NCBI GenBank assembly: GCA_030141605.1
Contig: JAQGDQ010000212.1
Span: 124,001 to 188,000, forward strand
Origin: Tubiluchus corallicola
Taxonomy: Eukaryota > Animalia > Priapulida
DNA length: 64,000 bases
Direction: 5' to 3'
The position numbers were made by a program, and so were the translations under genes. Positions 26,051 to 40,695 of this stretch are shown here, in pieces. Every line of letters begins with the position of its first letter. The first letter of the stretch is position 1. The notes under the pieces are model-generated. The model did not search any database. It was given only the letters and a program-made list of their open reading frames with translations, and was not told the origin of the DNA.

Positions 26051-27234
26051 CTTAGTAAATTATGTGTTTAGGATTAAGGTGGATTATAATTATTTTAGTT
26101 ATTTTACCTCTGCTTCAACATAGTTTGTTTATGTTGTTTGTACCATATCTTTATACCATCTCGGGGTATCCCAAAAAGGCTTTTGCATTTCCGCTACGGT
26201 TTCATTTTTGGGATAGTAAGCATCTCCCAGTCTCACGTATCCTGACGTCTGTACTCTTCGAACAACGTCCTGCTTCTCTTTCAAACACGTATCTCTTTTT
26301 AAGAAAATTTACTGACAAATTGCGTGCGTCTGAACTCAACATGGCCATGTACATGACAATTCTTGCTTATAGCTACGCTTAGCCACAGGATTTTGGCATT
26401 TAAACATCTCCACAAGAACTACATGCAGGAATCTACAAATCTACATAGGTGCTTTTTTCTGGGTCACCCGATACACAAAAACTGATTTGGAGACGAGATG
26501 AAGTTAATGACAACGTCACAACTGAACATAATTTTCAACAGCTCAAACATTCCATGAGTGTGTTCCGCGTGCTTGTGAGCGCGAAAATTGAAGTGCTGTG
26601 CTACTGGGCAACATTCAAAGTGATACACGAAACTCAGCATATTTTAAAAATTTAAATTTTAAGTTTAGCACATGAGCTGTCGAACGTGTGCGCCACATCA
26701 CAACTGATAGGTACAGCACACTTCTTTGTAGGAGACGTTTAGGAGATGCAGGCTAACTAGTGAATGGTGAAATGCACGTAGCAGTGAAGTCTCTGTCAAA
26801 AAAACAATAGGTTTCCTTTCGATATTTTATCGTTTAAATTGTTTTGGTTTATAGGTTAAGATAGGGCAAGATAACCCTTTTAAACAACTTTTGAAGTCCT
26901 AAATCAATACTGTAATATGTTAAACGAAAAGCAGGATTGGACGGAAAGAAAATAAACGAAATAGCAAATAGAATTTCATTCATTACTGCTTTATATACAT
27001 CGAATGTACACTTTAATTAATATAGTTTTTCTGGCAGTATTATACAATGATACAAAATTTTGAATATTATGCCACTGAAATATGTATTGCAAAATAGTAA
27101 CTATAATAGTGTATTAATAAAGAGTACAACGTAGCGAATGTTATATGCCAGCTGTTTTGAATATAATGTTAAAACAGACTTTGAAAAACAGAAGTTACTG
27201 AAAACTACTATAATGTAAATTAGTATACCATTAA

Positions 27235-27735
27235 AGGAAAGGCCAAGCCTTCTGGGAAGATATACTTATTTCAACACTTGGGAAAATGTTAGAAGGGTTT
27301 TGTGATAAAACTTCAATAACTGTGTTGTGTAATTAGTGAACTCACTTTAAAGTCATAATCATTTCACGCTTCAGCGCTCCTATTTTGAACGTCCATTCTT
27401 CCACCAATGACGTCATTCATCAAATGAAGAAAAGCGGGGCCTTAAGAATATGCATCAAAAGTAATAATAAGTTTGTTAGAAAATTTGATAACTTATTTTT
27501 TGGTATTTTTGCATGAACCTTTGGAAGTTTGAATTTGTTTAAGCAGCTTGTACTTAAGGAAAGCCACGATGCACTTACGAAAATTCACGAAGTCCACCAA
27601 TTACATCACAGTTTTGAAGTGAATAGTGTCTACAATGGCACCTGCAAATGTCCTTACGGTTGTAGTATTAAGTTAACTTTATGCTTCATAGACAGTTTCT
27701 TTTACAGATTTTTTGGTGTAGTATTTTTCTAACTT
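27235..27735. mobile_element. Kolobok-like MITE family 2 (other copies 34722-35263, 42795-~43118, 57599-~57920)
   Basis: ttaa|aggaaaggccaagcc start and shared ccaccaatgacgtcattc internal motif. Confidence 0.65.
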
Positions 27736-28546
27736 TAAATTATAACTGTAAAATATACCCAAAAGTTCTAGGCGACTTGTACTTTCATATAAAGTATAAC
27801 CAAAATTGATATAGGACTTTTGTCAGTAACACAGAGCTATTGCACTCAACCTGTTAGCATTGCTTTTCATTACATGTATTGAATGGCTAAGATGAATAAA
27901 ATACACTGGACCTTAACGGGTCACATAAATAAGAATCATAAACTGTGCTTTGAAAGAAATTGTAGTTTGTCATCTAAACAAAAGGACTCACTAAAACTTA
28001 TTTGAGGGTGCTCTAAAGTTAATCTTGAAGTGAAACAAAAATACGAGAGAGGGCCTCCTTAGACTTGCCACATTTAACATAAAAACGTTCAATACCCTTT
28101 ATATAGTCACAATGATTATTTACTTATTTCTGGAGATTTCACCATAATGGGCTTCATCAGCTGAAAAATTACAGATAAAAAGCTTCAAATTTCATTGTGA
28201 GACTATAACAGACGTTCTATCTTTAATTTTTCGCCTGACGAGGCCCATATGGAACAAACTCCTGAAATAAAGGAACAATCATTGTGAGACAATAAAAGGC
28301 GTTAAACTTTTTTACCACATAAAATTATAAAAATGGACGAAAATAATAAAATCAACTTTTTCTGTAGTATCAGTATAACATTATCGCAATAGGGTTAACA
28401 CCATTTGTGCTCAGTTTCCAGTTTACATTTTCTAGGATACCTCCATCCAAAAAACATGTCAACAATTGGCAACAATAAACGAGTTTGCAATCAGGCTATA
28501 TATTTTCACTAGTTCATTCAGGCACAACAGCAAGGCAAATGTGTGC

Positions 28547-29601
28547 CTACCTCGGAAGACCACTTTGGGACAACATGGTGCTGTCTGCAGGATACATAAA
28601 GGAACTGGGAACAAATCCTTCCTGTCCATTGCTCTTCATGACCCAGTACCAATCTCTATCATCTTGGTTCAAAACCGTCACGAATTCACCTCGTTCCACG
28701 CTGACATCATTTTCATCTTGTGGTCTAAAGGAGTACAAGATGATGTACCTTCCCGAAGGTGCCTTTCGGAATTTCTGTACGTCGAAGCTGCCAACTGATT
28801 CCTTGAACGAATCTCTTCTCAGTGGAGTTTGCCCGGAAGAAGCGGTAGACGGCGTGGCAAAGTTCTGTCCGCTCCGCTGGGAGTACTGATGATGTGTGGG
28901 TGCATTGTAATAGGGCCCATTTGGCAACCTCTGAGCTTGTTGTGAATGACGACCACCATATGATGAATTCTGATGAAGAACTTGAGACTGTTGATACTGA
29001 GGCATCTGATCCTGATACCGTTGATGCTGAACCGTTGATGCAGAATGAGCCCTGTTACGGTAATCATTCGGATAGTAACCAGCATTCTGCAATCTGGCCC
29101 ACGCATTATTATCCAATTTGGGCGGCGACTTACTTTCGGCTTGCCCTTTGTAATTTTGCCCTGTAGGACCTTCACTGGATGTACTGTAGCCGGAACTGGG
29201 TACACTCGGATAACGCACGTGCTCCTCCGGCTTAACATCGCCTTTGTATGCTTCGGTTCTGTGACTGATTGGTTCGATGGTCGCATTGGTCGGCATTTTG
29301 TGTTTAATGCCAAGTGCCAAGTCTGCAAGCTGGGTTCCCAATCGGGCGGTGTAGGAACACGGAATAAACCCCTCTCTTCGGTCAGGTTCTCGAAGTACGT
29401 ACATCCACTCGTGTTCCTGATACAACATGTAAACCAACTGTCCTCTTTTCACGTGCAGTTCGTCATCCACGCAGGGCTGGAACTCATGTAGGACGACCAT
29501 TTTCTGCTCGGGTGAGAATACCTGGTCCTTTCCCACGTTGACCAATGTCTCCAGACTGGCGCTACCTGTTATTCGGGCTGCTGCAGGTGGCGATTTGCTT
29601 T
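28547..29601 (-). CDS. Dlish: SH3 domain-containing protein Dlish (Dachs ligand with SH3s / Vamana) orthologue, exon 2 with two SH3 domains
   Basis: Acceptor tttcttgttttag at 29603-29602. RITGSASLETLV and KMVVLHEFQPCVDDELHVKRGQLV...EGFIPCSY...TQLADLA match the characteristic Dlish N-terminal region. Second SH3 is YIILYSFRPQDENDVSVERGE...WYWV...EGFVPSSF. There is a possible donor at 28550, or the in-frame stop at 28549-28547. Confidence 0.9.
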
Positions 29602-29672
29602 CTAAAACAAGAAAAAAACGTATTAAGACAGTTGCCTAGTGTTTCTAATATCAACGCAGCCTTATATTATTA

Positions 29673-29960
29673 AGGTGCGTTCTGACTACTGAGTTTTCTG
29701 TCGCGAGTTTTCTTTCTGACAGCGAACTCGCAATGTGAACTGCTTTGTGAATTACTGTCGACAAGAAATTTCAAACTCCCCGACAGTTGGTGCCAGTTGA
29801 TTCACTGCGAGTTACTGTCCAGTCGGCGACTTACATTCTGTCAGTTCACGTTTACTGTCGGAGAGTAACTTGTAGCAAGTTTTGCTCTCTAGTCTGAATA
29901 CGACAGCGAGTTACTTTGCGAGTTTACTTGGCTAGAAAACTCGCTAGTCTGAACGTGCCA
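29673..29960. mobile_element. PIF/Harbinger-like MITE
   Basis: Imperfect TIR ggtgcgttctgactactgagttttct / agaaaactcgctagtctgaacgtgcc and 3-bp TSD tta. Confidence 0.7.
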
Positions 29961-30165
29961 TTAGACTGAGACAAAAGGAATCTCTGTATCGTTTTGGGAA
30001 CTGAACTTGATGCAGGCCTCATCCGTAGATTCTTCAATTTTCTTAGCCGAATAAGAGACATTTGCAAAATTTTTTACTTGAGTTTCTAGAGACACAGGTA
30101 TTCTTTCAGACACAAAAGTTTCTACTGTTACAATAATCTACAACAAACAGTTTTCAAACCTTCTA

Positions 30166-30201
<36 letters not shown>

Positions 30202-33084
30202 TTGCCTACATATGTACAGTCAAACCTCGTTTTACCCCTTTATAATACGAACCTCGCTTAATGCCATAATTTTAGCGAAAAAATATTAAATTTGCATAGA
30301 CATGTATGTATTAATGCACCTTGTTTTTGCAGTCCCAAAGCTGGCGTAAAGAGCTTTCACCGTATTTGCACATGTAACTAGATGCTAATTTTAATAATAA
30401 TAATAACAACAAATATTAAACCATTTGTCAGCGTTAGTTTAAACATATTTTATTTGGTTCGTTTAGAATATTTTAAAACGTGAATTTGTACCGTGGAGGG
30501 GCGGAAGTGCAGATAAAACAAAATAATAATATTCAAATAAACAAAAAGACATACACATACAAAGTTAGCAGATGTGACAAAATGAATAATATGAATAATA
30601 AACGGCAACGTTTGTGCTTAACAATAAATAGTATTCCACAAGTTTTCACTAATCCTAATTCAGCATGTTTCTGTCAGCACAGAAGTTGTAGAACCACCTG
30701 TCAATCCTACTGCGTCCTAGACTTAGTCAAGTTTGTGTGTTGTTGGCATTAATGTTTATCACACATGCCAAACGCACAAGGTAAAGCATCTACATAGATA
30801 AGAATAGAGTAAATCAGCAAAGTTTGAACTAGGATTTCCTTCATGTGGGGGCAGGTGGTCTCGGAGTCACACAAGGCAGCGTCCTGCTCCCGTACTGTTT
30901 ACCAAGTCATAAGAATAGGATTTATGGTTTATACAGACCGTTGCACATCGAATCAGTGGGCAGGTTTAACACTAGGGTAACACTAGGGATACCAAAAGGT
31001 CATTTTTGACCCATTTTGAAATTTAAATTTATCCAACGTTTCTGTTAAACAATGAGAGAAATTCTGACTTTTCTGGAATTTTAATAACTATTACAATGGC
31101 CTGTTAATTATTTTTCACTTCATCGTCGTCGTCATCTTCTTCTTTCTTTTTATTTTGAAATTCCTAAATTTATAAATATCAATGGATCAAAAATGACGGA
31201 ATACTAGTAACCGCAATTTGCACTAAATCAATGCCAGTTAGTTACAGTACGCACTGTTGGGCAACATTACCTATTTGGTAGGTAGGTAGGCAAGGAGGCA
31301 GACAGATGGGGAGGTAGGCAGATCGTTAAGTAGATAGGCTAAAAGACGTAATATATAATTGTCTAATAATAATAATATATAACTAGTTGCTATAACCGCA
31401 AATTTTCATTATTTCGATCAAAAAATTATATGGGCCATTTTTGACCCTTTGTTACTTCATATAAGGTTTTTCATATAGTTAGGCCATCTGGAGCCTGTCA
31501 ACAGTGATCTGGATGTACCGCCCGTAAACAGCCACAGAGAGAGAAATTAGAGAGTTTGCCCAGACAGAAAACAAAATTCGGTGGTCACGCATCCAGTTAC
31601 TGATAAGCCTTGTTTTGCTTAACTTTGGTCGCGAAGCACGCACCGTAACCGCTCGACTATTTAAAAAAAACAATAGCTTATCTTTCTTACATAAATCACA
31701 TTAGATTGTCTTTCTTAAATGACATGACACCAGGCATGAACTTCTTAGCTGCAAAATGACAGCTCCTATATTACGTAGATTTTTTTACCTGTCAACTTGC
31801 GGGTTAAAAACCGCCAATTTTTTTTCTTTCAGGTGTAGAAACCTGCTTTCTGTTTTTACACCTGCACCACCATGAGTTGATTAACAGGCAAAAATGCAGC
31901 CTGCAGCTGATTACAGGTGCAAAGTATCTATACAGCGCTGTGCCTGAACCAGTATCATCATGTACTGAGCACTGAGCTTATTCGTTTTTGTAAACGTGTC
32001 GCCAAAATGCAAACTAAATGTACAACCTCATATAGAATATTAAGCGAATTCTTGGATGACCTTCTCCAAAAATGCCTTATTTGTATAGTCCAGGAACTAG
32101 TTTAGGACTCATGTAGAAAACTATCAACAGGATTTAATAGGAAAATCGAATGCAGCCTCTATAACAAGCTCCTTAGACTGACTAGCTAACCAGTGCACTG
32201 TAATTCGTGTTAAAGAGAAAGAACAGGGTTTTTTAAAGTACATCCCCCAAAAAAATGTTACCACAAAGTTATATTACTTAACAATTGGGAAAGAAAATTC
32301 TTAATGATTCAAAATTCTCGCGTAACCTGGAAAAACAGTACTGCATCGCCATCCCAGTGTGCACCACTGACTCACCAGAAACCATATAATTGATGTTATG
32401 GATCTTATAAAGTAATTTAAACTTTTACTTAGTTAGCGAAGTGTGTGCTACAAATCCCCTGATGACTCATTCAACAAATTTTACGCAAAGTTATCAAAAC
32501 TTATTTCAAAAGTCTTTATTTTTACCCACAAATTAGCTGCGCCTAATGGTCATTGCGGGAGTTTAAATTTACACGTTTTATATAGCGCTACTGCTATTAC
32601 AAGCTCTGTATGCAATAGCACAGCATTTTTTTTGTTTTATTTATGAAGAGTGTTTTCTTGTGCTTAAAAATTAAGATAATATTTACGCTGCTTGAACTGT
32701 ATTTAGATATTTAGAGATTAGAAAATAAACCTGTGAAACGTCATTCACATAGGGCGCATGTTTAGTTTACAGTAATTGTTAAATTCTTGTAAAAAACTAA
32801 TAACAATAATTAATAATAACAATAATAATCAACAATTAGTAATTACCTATAATATTTCTGTTTAAAATTGTACTGAGGTGCCTGATAAGATAACCCAGTT
32901 CTACGTAATTATTTGTACAGGTTCTTGGAGGCACAGAATTTCAACAATGATTTAAATCAGTGCTATTCAACCTGGGTGGACAGTCCACCTCATAGTGGAC
33001 GAGGTTATGTGAGTGGTGGACAGCTGTCTAGGAGTGGACTGTGGACGAGATCCTCACCTGCATGTGTCTGTATAATATACAAGA

Positions 33085-33086
<2 letters not shown>

Positions 33087-33180
<94 letters not shown>
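33087..33180. repeat. (CT)n microsatellite
   Basis: Direct inspection. Confidence 0.98.
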
Positions 33181-33183
<3 letters not shown>

Positions 33184-34129
33184 ATATTTCTGAAAATACA
33201 TACTACAAATACATATTTACCTACTGTAACATCGAGGTTGCCATAGTCATAGAAATGAGATATGAAACATAGATTTTAAATATTAAAAATACTTCTGCAA
33301 TTATATCAAAATACTAGGTGAAAGCTCAAAAATAAAATTCTTGCTGAAAGCAGCCATGTTTGTTACTGAATGAAATTAGTACCAGATTCAGTAACTAAAG
33401 CGTTCATAATTTAGTTACTGTATGACTGCACATACCTGTGCACTGTGCAGTAAATGCTGAAACTTTACCATCATGTCTTAGTATTATTTAAAGCATTATT
33501 GAAATTATCTATACTGGCGCATTTATATTTTATTTTATATTATTACAGATACTTTATATTGTAAAAAAATTTGTATTTTTACCAATTTGTTTACTGGTAT
33601 TGTTTACTAAAATATTGTACAAATCGCTTTTAAAAACACGTGAAAAATAAACAAAATTCAAATGCCGACACAATGCTAAAAATCATGCAAAAAGCCACTC
33701 ACTGCTCAAAATCTCAAACTAGACCACAATTTTATCTCATCTCGCGGATAGATGGCGCTGTATTTACTGTACCTCTACTATTCATAATTTTGCACATCTT
33801 TCCACGAAAATTCAAGTACATCTCTAAACGTCTATATAGTTTATGAAGCTATGCTAATAATGACATGTTTTAACAAAACCAGTATGCGGTTGCAGGCAGG
33901 TGTGATTTTTCACTGGCTACAGTAGGCAAGCAAGTAAGCGAGCCATGGGGGCTTATAATCAGTTTAACAAAAGCCCTAGGCACGCGCCCTAAAACGGTTA
34001 CATCTGTACCAAAGAAGAGTAGAAACAAACGACCGCCTCTGGGGGCAGAAAGAGAGCCTTTTTGCTGAGAATAAACTGAATTAACTTAAATGGCTAACTG
34101 ACAAAGATTGAGTTAACGGTGAGCGGTAA

Positions 34130-34513
34130 TAAAGTCACAGGAAAAAAGTGACAATTTTGGCTAGGAAAAAAGTCACAATTCTTGCTAGAAAAAAGTCGCT
34201 ATTTTTGCTAGGAAAAAAGTCACAATTCTTGCTAGGGAAAAGTCACAATTTTTGCTAGGAAAAAAAGTCGCTATTTTTGCTAGGAAAAAAGTCACAATTT
34301 TTGCTAGGAAAAAAGTCACAATTTTTGCTAGGAAGAAAGTCACAATTTTTGCTAGGAAAAAAGTCACAATTTTGCTAGGAAAAAAGTCACAATTTTTGCT
34401 AGGAAAAAAGTGACAATTTTTGCTAGGAAAAAAATGACAATTTTTGCTAGGAAGAAAGTCACAATTTTTGCTAGGAAAAAGTCACAATTTTTGCTTGGAA
34501 AAAGTCACAATTT
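34130..34513. repeat. ~24-bp minisatellite (gctaggaaaaaagtcacaattttt)
   Basis: About 16 tandem units. Confidence 0.95.
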
Positions 34514-34721
34514 CGGAAGTGTACCAGTTTACGTCATTTTTTCAAATATGCAAGCAGCAATGTTCGTTTGACGGGAGATAAGAAATATTTAAATTTTTCT
34601 TCCATTTTTATGCAACGCATTTTATGCCCTTATATTGGGTGGTGATTTCAATATTTTTAATTGCATATTAATATGCACATATGTGCAATAGATGTTGCTT
34701 TAGGATTGGTTTTTCCTTTAA

Positions 34722-35263
34722 AGGAAAGGTCAATCTTTCTCGGAAGTTAGGTTTATATTAATGTTCGCCAAAATGTTAGAAGAATTTAGTAATAAAGCAG
34801 CAGTAAGCGCTTAGTGTAACTAGTAAAGTCACTTTAAAGTCGCGATCACTTCATGCTTGGGTGCTGCTCCCATTTTCAAGGCCCATTCTTCATCCAATGA
34901 CGTCATTCGTCTTGAGGAAAAGTAGCGCGCTGTCAACCTTCATCAAAAGTATAATAAATTTTTACAATTACATTAGATAGATAATTTTGTAATGTTTTTG
35001 CGTGAACATTAGGTAAGCTGCAGAAATTTGAATTAGTTTAAGCACCGCGAGCTTGCGGAAAGCCACGACGCTCTTACGAAAACTTACGAAGTCGCCCAAT
35101 TACGTCAAGAATTTCAAGTGAATGGCTGCAGCCACCACGACAGAAAATTCTATTCAGAGGTAGTACATTTTAAATTTATGCTTTATAGATAGTTTTGCGA
35201 AAATGTCTTTAATATATTTTGCTAAGTTTAAGTGACAACATACTTAGTGACTTGTTCTTTTCT
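34722..35263. mobile_element. Kolobok-like MITE (apparently full-length family 2 copy)
   Basis: ttaa|aggaaaggtcaa ... ttgttcttttct|ttaa. It abuts the right end (...ttttcct|ttaa) of another element through a shared TTAA. Confidence 0.7.
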
Positions 35264-35641
35264 TTAAATTCATATCGCAAAATATCATAAATGGCAACCA
35301 AGGTAACAAAAATAGTTCTAGCTGACAACCTCATTCCACATCATTACTAAGCAGAATAAAGAACTTATCGGTTGTCTTACGAAATTACTTATGTCTTTGT
35401 AAGCAAATTTTCCGCTTGGCGCAATTCAAACAGCACCAGGTCATGTCCAACAAGCAAAGATTAGGATTATCATAAACCGGATTATCCTAGTAAAAGTTTT
35501 TCGTGCACAGAACACTGCAGTTACGTACATTCTTTTAAAGATACTGATAAAATTGCTGTACTAAACCACGAGGAATGTAAATAAATTTTTTTAGTAACTT
35601 GCAGTTGCACAAACATTAGAATTCTGCAACAGAAGAAAGCC

Positions 35642-35680
35642 GAGAGAGAGAGAGAGAGAGAGGGGGACCGAGATGGAGGG

Positions 35681-35722
<42 letters not shown>

Positions 35723-35908
35723 AGAGAAAGAGAGAGAGAGAGGGGGGAGAGAGAGGGACACAGAGAGAGAGTGAGAAAGAGAGAGAGAGAGCGAAAGAGA
35801 GAAAGGGAGAGAGAGAAAGAGGGGAGAGAGAGAGAGAAAGAGCGGAAGAGAGAGGGAGAGAGAGAGGGGGAGAGGGAGAAAGAGAGAGAGACAGAGAGAG
35901 AGGGAGAA

Positions 35909-35939
<31 letters not shown>

Positions 35940-35969
35940 AAGAGAGGGGGAGAGAGAGGGACACAGAGC

Positions 35970-36050
<81 letters not shown>

Positions 36051-36198
36051 GAAAGAGAGAGAGGGGGGAGAGAGGGACACAGAGAGAGAGAGAGAGTGAG
36101 AGAGAGAGCGAAAGAGAAAAAGGGAGAGAGAGAAAGAGGGGAGAGAGAGAGAAAGAGCGGAAGAGAGAGGGGGAGAGGGAGAAAGAGAGGGGGAGAGG

Positions 36199-36272
<74 letters not shown>

Positions 36273-36457
36273 AGAGAAAGAGAGAGAGAGAGGGGGGAGA
36301 GAGAGGGACACAGAGAGAGAGTGAGAAAGAGAGAGAGAGAGCGAAAGAGAGAAAGGGAGAGAGAGAAAGAGGGGAGAGAGAGAGAGAAAGAGCGGAAGAG
36401 AGAGAGAGAGAGAGAGGGGAGAGGGAGAAAGAGAGAGATACAGAAAGAGAGGGAGAA

Positions 36458-36500
<43 letters not shown>

Positions 36501-36519
36501 AGAGAGATGGACACAGAGC

Positions 36520-36588
<69 letters not shown>

Positions 36589-36751
36589 GGAGAGAGAGAA
36601 ACACAGAAAGAGAGAGAGGGGGGAGAGAGAGACAGAGAGAGTGAGAGAGTGAGAGAGAGAGCGAAAGAGAAAAAGGGAGAGAGAGAAAGAGGGGAGAGAG
36701 AGAGAAAGAGCGGAAGAGAGAGGGGGAGAGGGAGAAAGAGAGGGGGAGAGG

Positions 36752-36830
<79 letters not shown>
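35642..36830. repeat. Complex (GA)n purine-rich microsatellite with higher-order duplication
   Basis: GA runs interrupted by recurrent motifs (gacacagag, gcgaaagag, gcggaagag). Confidence 0.97.
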
Positions 36831-36831
<1 letters not shown>

Positions 36832-37889
36832 ATTACTTTGATTCATATTGAATTGCTCTGTAGATGATGCTCTGATGAGTTTGCTAAAATAACCTCTGTA
36901 CATAACCTGTTCGGTTCTCAGGTAATTACCCAGGCATGCCTGACGGATTGCAACGAAACAACAATTCCACAGAACAAGAAAATTGGAGGTAGCAGAAGCG
37001 AATACAATATTATACAGCTCAACTAAACTGGAACAATTTAAACTGGAAGCATTTATGGATTAAACAGAGAAGAATGAACCATGAAGAAAAACATGGCAGC
37101 AGCGCTGCGACACAAATATCTCCTTGTAAGAATTGCATCTGAGAATGATTACTGTTAATGCATGTATATATGCCATTGACCTAGTGGTATTGTACAACAG
37201 CGTGCATTGCCAGAATCAGCAATTCCTTGGCAGACCTTGAGAAGAAATAGAGGTAAATGAGACGCCATTAGAGTGAACATAGAGGCAACTCTTGGAGGAG
37301 ACAATTTAGGTTATGCCCAGGAGGTACTGCACTGTTATCAACTCACTAATGGCGTCAGCCTTCGTGACAACAATTACTGTTATTGCAATAGTTGAAATGT
37401 TCTCAGAGATTTTCTTCATTGATCTCGGTCTGTGTATCTCAAGTTCTCAAAGAAATTCCACTCACATAGAATTCAACATTCAAAGAATTTGCAATAGATC
37501 GACCTTTGCCAGTTCAAAAGTGCAAATTATCTCAATGCGTTTTGACAGAAAAAATTTCTAGCTTTATTACCAACTTAAATTTAATAAGCCCAAAACTCAT
37601 AAGATCATTGTAGGGAAAGGGCAATTTAAAGTGTATCCCAAAAATATCCAATACAAAGTTATTTTACATAGCGCAACGCTTACCTGTTTAAAATCCTTAC
37701 GTAACTGGAAAATAAAATTAATAATAAAAATAAACAAGTCACCTGGTAAAACGGCACTGCATCGCCATCCCAGTGTGCACCACCGATTCGCCAAAAAACA
37801 CATTATTGGTCTTATTGAAAATATAAAGTAATGTACACTTTTGCTTAGGTAGCGAAGACAGCGCAACAGATGCTCTGATTATGTTTTCT

Positions 37890-38298
37890 AACTCCATACA
37901 ATCAGACGTATTGAGTCTTAATAACTCCACACAATCAGACGTATCCAGACTTAACTCCCTACAATCAGACGTATCCAGACTTAACTCCATACAATCAGAC
38001 GTATCCAGACTTAACTCCATACAGTGAGACGTATCCAGTCTTAACTCCATACAGTGAGACGTATCCAGTCTTAACTCCATACAATCAGACGTATCCAGAC
38101 TTAATTTCATACATTCAGACGTATCCAGACTTAACTCCATACAATCAGACGCATCCAGACTTAACTCCCTACAATCAGACGTATCCAGACTTAACTCCCT
38201 ACAATCAGACGTATCCAGACTTAACTCCATACAATCAGACGTATCCAGACTTAACTCCATGCAATCAGACACATCCAGACTTAACTCCATACGTATCC
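37890..38298. repeat. 30-bp minisatellite (ttaactccatacaatcagacgtatccagac) nested in an interspersed repeat
   Basis: About 13 units, with homology to the 20830-family on both sides. Confidence 0.95.
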
Positions 38299-39259
38299 AC
38301 ACTTGTGTCAATCGACTTACTCTCAAAATTGCCGAGCCTAACGCACATCGCGTGACTTTTAAATTTACAAGTTTTATACAGCGTTACTGCAATCACAAGC
38401 TCTGAATGCAATAAGACAGCGGGTAAGTGACAAAAAATTAAAAGACGAATTGTTTAAGCTTTATTTACGAAGACTGTTTTCTTGTGGTTTAACATATCTT
38501 ACAGGAATGATGATATTTACTTTTCAAGAACTGTATTCTTTGGAGTTTGTCAATTACATGTATGAAATTAACTTTTTAAGCTTTGCTTATAAAAGAATGT
38601 TTTCTTATATGTATTTACAAACACCATATTAAAATATTTTTACAAAACAATATTACAAAAGTACATTAAATTTTACATGACATATTTTACACAATATATA
38701 CATTTGACATCACACAATTAACAGAAACATGCTTTACATTACATAAATTTCACTCATTACATTTACACTATTTATACATTTGACATTACAAAACTAACAT
38801 AACACAATTGCATTACATAATTCTTTTAAAAAATTTTCATTTTTAATCGTTATATGGAGTCAGGGGCGGGGGGTAGATGAAAGTGGAGTCCGTGTAATTA
38901 CTATCAGATACACAATGTGGAAGTTGAAACCTGTTAACCTTCTGCTTTAAATTCAAAGCAATGACAGCTTTTGATGGCGCCAAAGACAAATACGCCACCC
39001 TACCAATTGTGTAAGCTTTGCTTTAGTGAGGCAGTTCTACACTCTTTACAACAATACTCAAGATATAGTAGGACTACACGTGAACAAAAGCTATCATTGG
39101 AACTGGCTCAATAACAGTTTTGGTTTATTTACAGTCCTGCTGTATTCTTGCAATGAAAGTAGTGACCAGAAGAAGGGCACAGCGAAGTCCAGTTTACACA
39201 GTTAATATTGTGACGTATTTGTTTTAAGTGCTGTTCAAAGGCCTAACACGTTGAATTAA

Positions 39260-39861
39260 AGGAAAACGGCACCCAAACTTAGATTGTAGGTCAAAATATT
39301 CTACTCTTTAATATATTTCTTTTTTTTCAAAAATGGCCTACAAGTAAGAAGTATTACCACACAAGCACAATTTCGCGTTCGCGCCACAAGATCTTCGCTG
39401 TTATATGCATTTCGCCATTCGTTAGTTAGACGGGCACTAGCGCCTGCATTTCGGAAACGCACTGCACAAAAACAGGTGCTGTACCTCTCAGTTCACATGT
39501 GTTAGTTTGTGACAAACTGCACATGTTCGACAGCTATTGCATGAGCACAGTGGTAAATTCAAAATTGAATTTTTATCTTGAAACTTGCCTAGTTTTAGTA
39601 CAACACTGAATATCTTACAGTAGCACTGTACTTCAATTTTTGCTTTTTAAACACGTGCAACACGCTCCTGGAATATTTTTGCCGTTGAAAATTATGTTAG
39701 TTTATGATGTCGTCAATAGTTGGGCTTACCCGCCGTTAATAAAGTTTTTAATCTATTATTCAATTATCAGAAATGCTTTTGCAGTATTAATTGTGTTAAA
39801 ATGTATACTTTTTATCCAACTTGAAAATGGGGTAGTATATGAAAAATCATCCTGTCTTCCT
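39260..39861. mobile_element. Kolobok-like MITE family 3
   Basis: ttaa|aggaaaacgg ... cctgtcttcct|ttaa. The internal part resembles the reverse complement of ~26480-26720. Confidence 0.7.
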
Positions 39862-40404
39862 TTAAGACATTTAGTCGTTTAGTGGGTATTAAACTTATTA
39901 AATTTATCTTGGTATTCAACACTATGTTAATTTTTTAAACTTTTATAAGAGGTGATAGGCTTGGCCTACCCAGTCATGTAAATGACAAGATATAAGATTG
40001 AAAACAAAGAAACTTGCATATGGGGTAATTCACCATCTAAACACGCTTTAAGTCAAATTAGGCATGACCTAGTTCATACGAGAGAACTTACTAATTACAT
40101 GTTTTCAGAATTGTACAACTGTATAATTGCAGCTCGTTTTACAATGTTAATTTGGGCGTTTACATCTTAGTTGTCATGCGCTACTCAAGATGGCGCCATA
40201 AAGAATTTTACTTATTCTGCCAAAAATAACTATTGCTAATCTTTTGTTTTTGAAAACAGGCAAATTTGATAATTTGTAGTTTTCAGATGTTCTGCAAGGC
40301 ACCAAAGATTTTACCAAAAATGAATAACAAATTATTCTACAAAAGTTTTCTGAAATAATTCGAAAGTAACTAGACATGAAGTAATGATTCATGCCAAGAT
40401 ACAA

Positions 40405-40695
40405 AAATCTGTTTTGCAAAAATCATTAAGCAAAAGCTGTTTTGCAAATCTTCTTATGTAGCAAATTGTTTTGCCAAAATCATTAAACGGAAACTGTTTT
40501 ACAAAATCCTCAAGCATCCTTAAATGGCAACTTTTGGCAAAAAGTCTTTAAACGGAAACTGTTCAGCAAATATCCTTAAGCAAAAATCGTTTTGTAAAAA
40601 TCCTTAAACAAAAACGGTTTTGCGAAAATCCTCAAGCAAAAACTTTTTGCAAAAATCCTTATATGGAAACTGTTTTGCGAAACTTTATCAAAATG
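40405..40695. repeat. Degenerate minisatellite (gttttgcaaaaatccttaa units)
   Basis: Direct inspection. Confidence 0.8.

Noticed and set aside
35521-36903. 460-aa and overlapping SL/ER-repeat ORFs
   Set aside because: These are translations of a GA microsatellite with no domain content.
37739-38326. MELSLDTSDC repeat ORF (LRR-like appearance)
   Set aside because: It is a 30-bp minisatellite nested inside an interspersed repeat.
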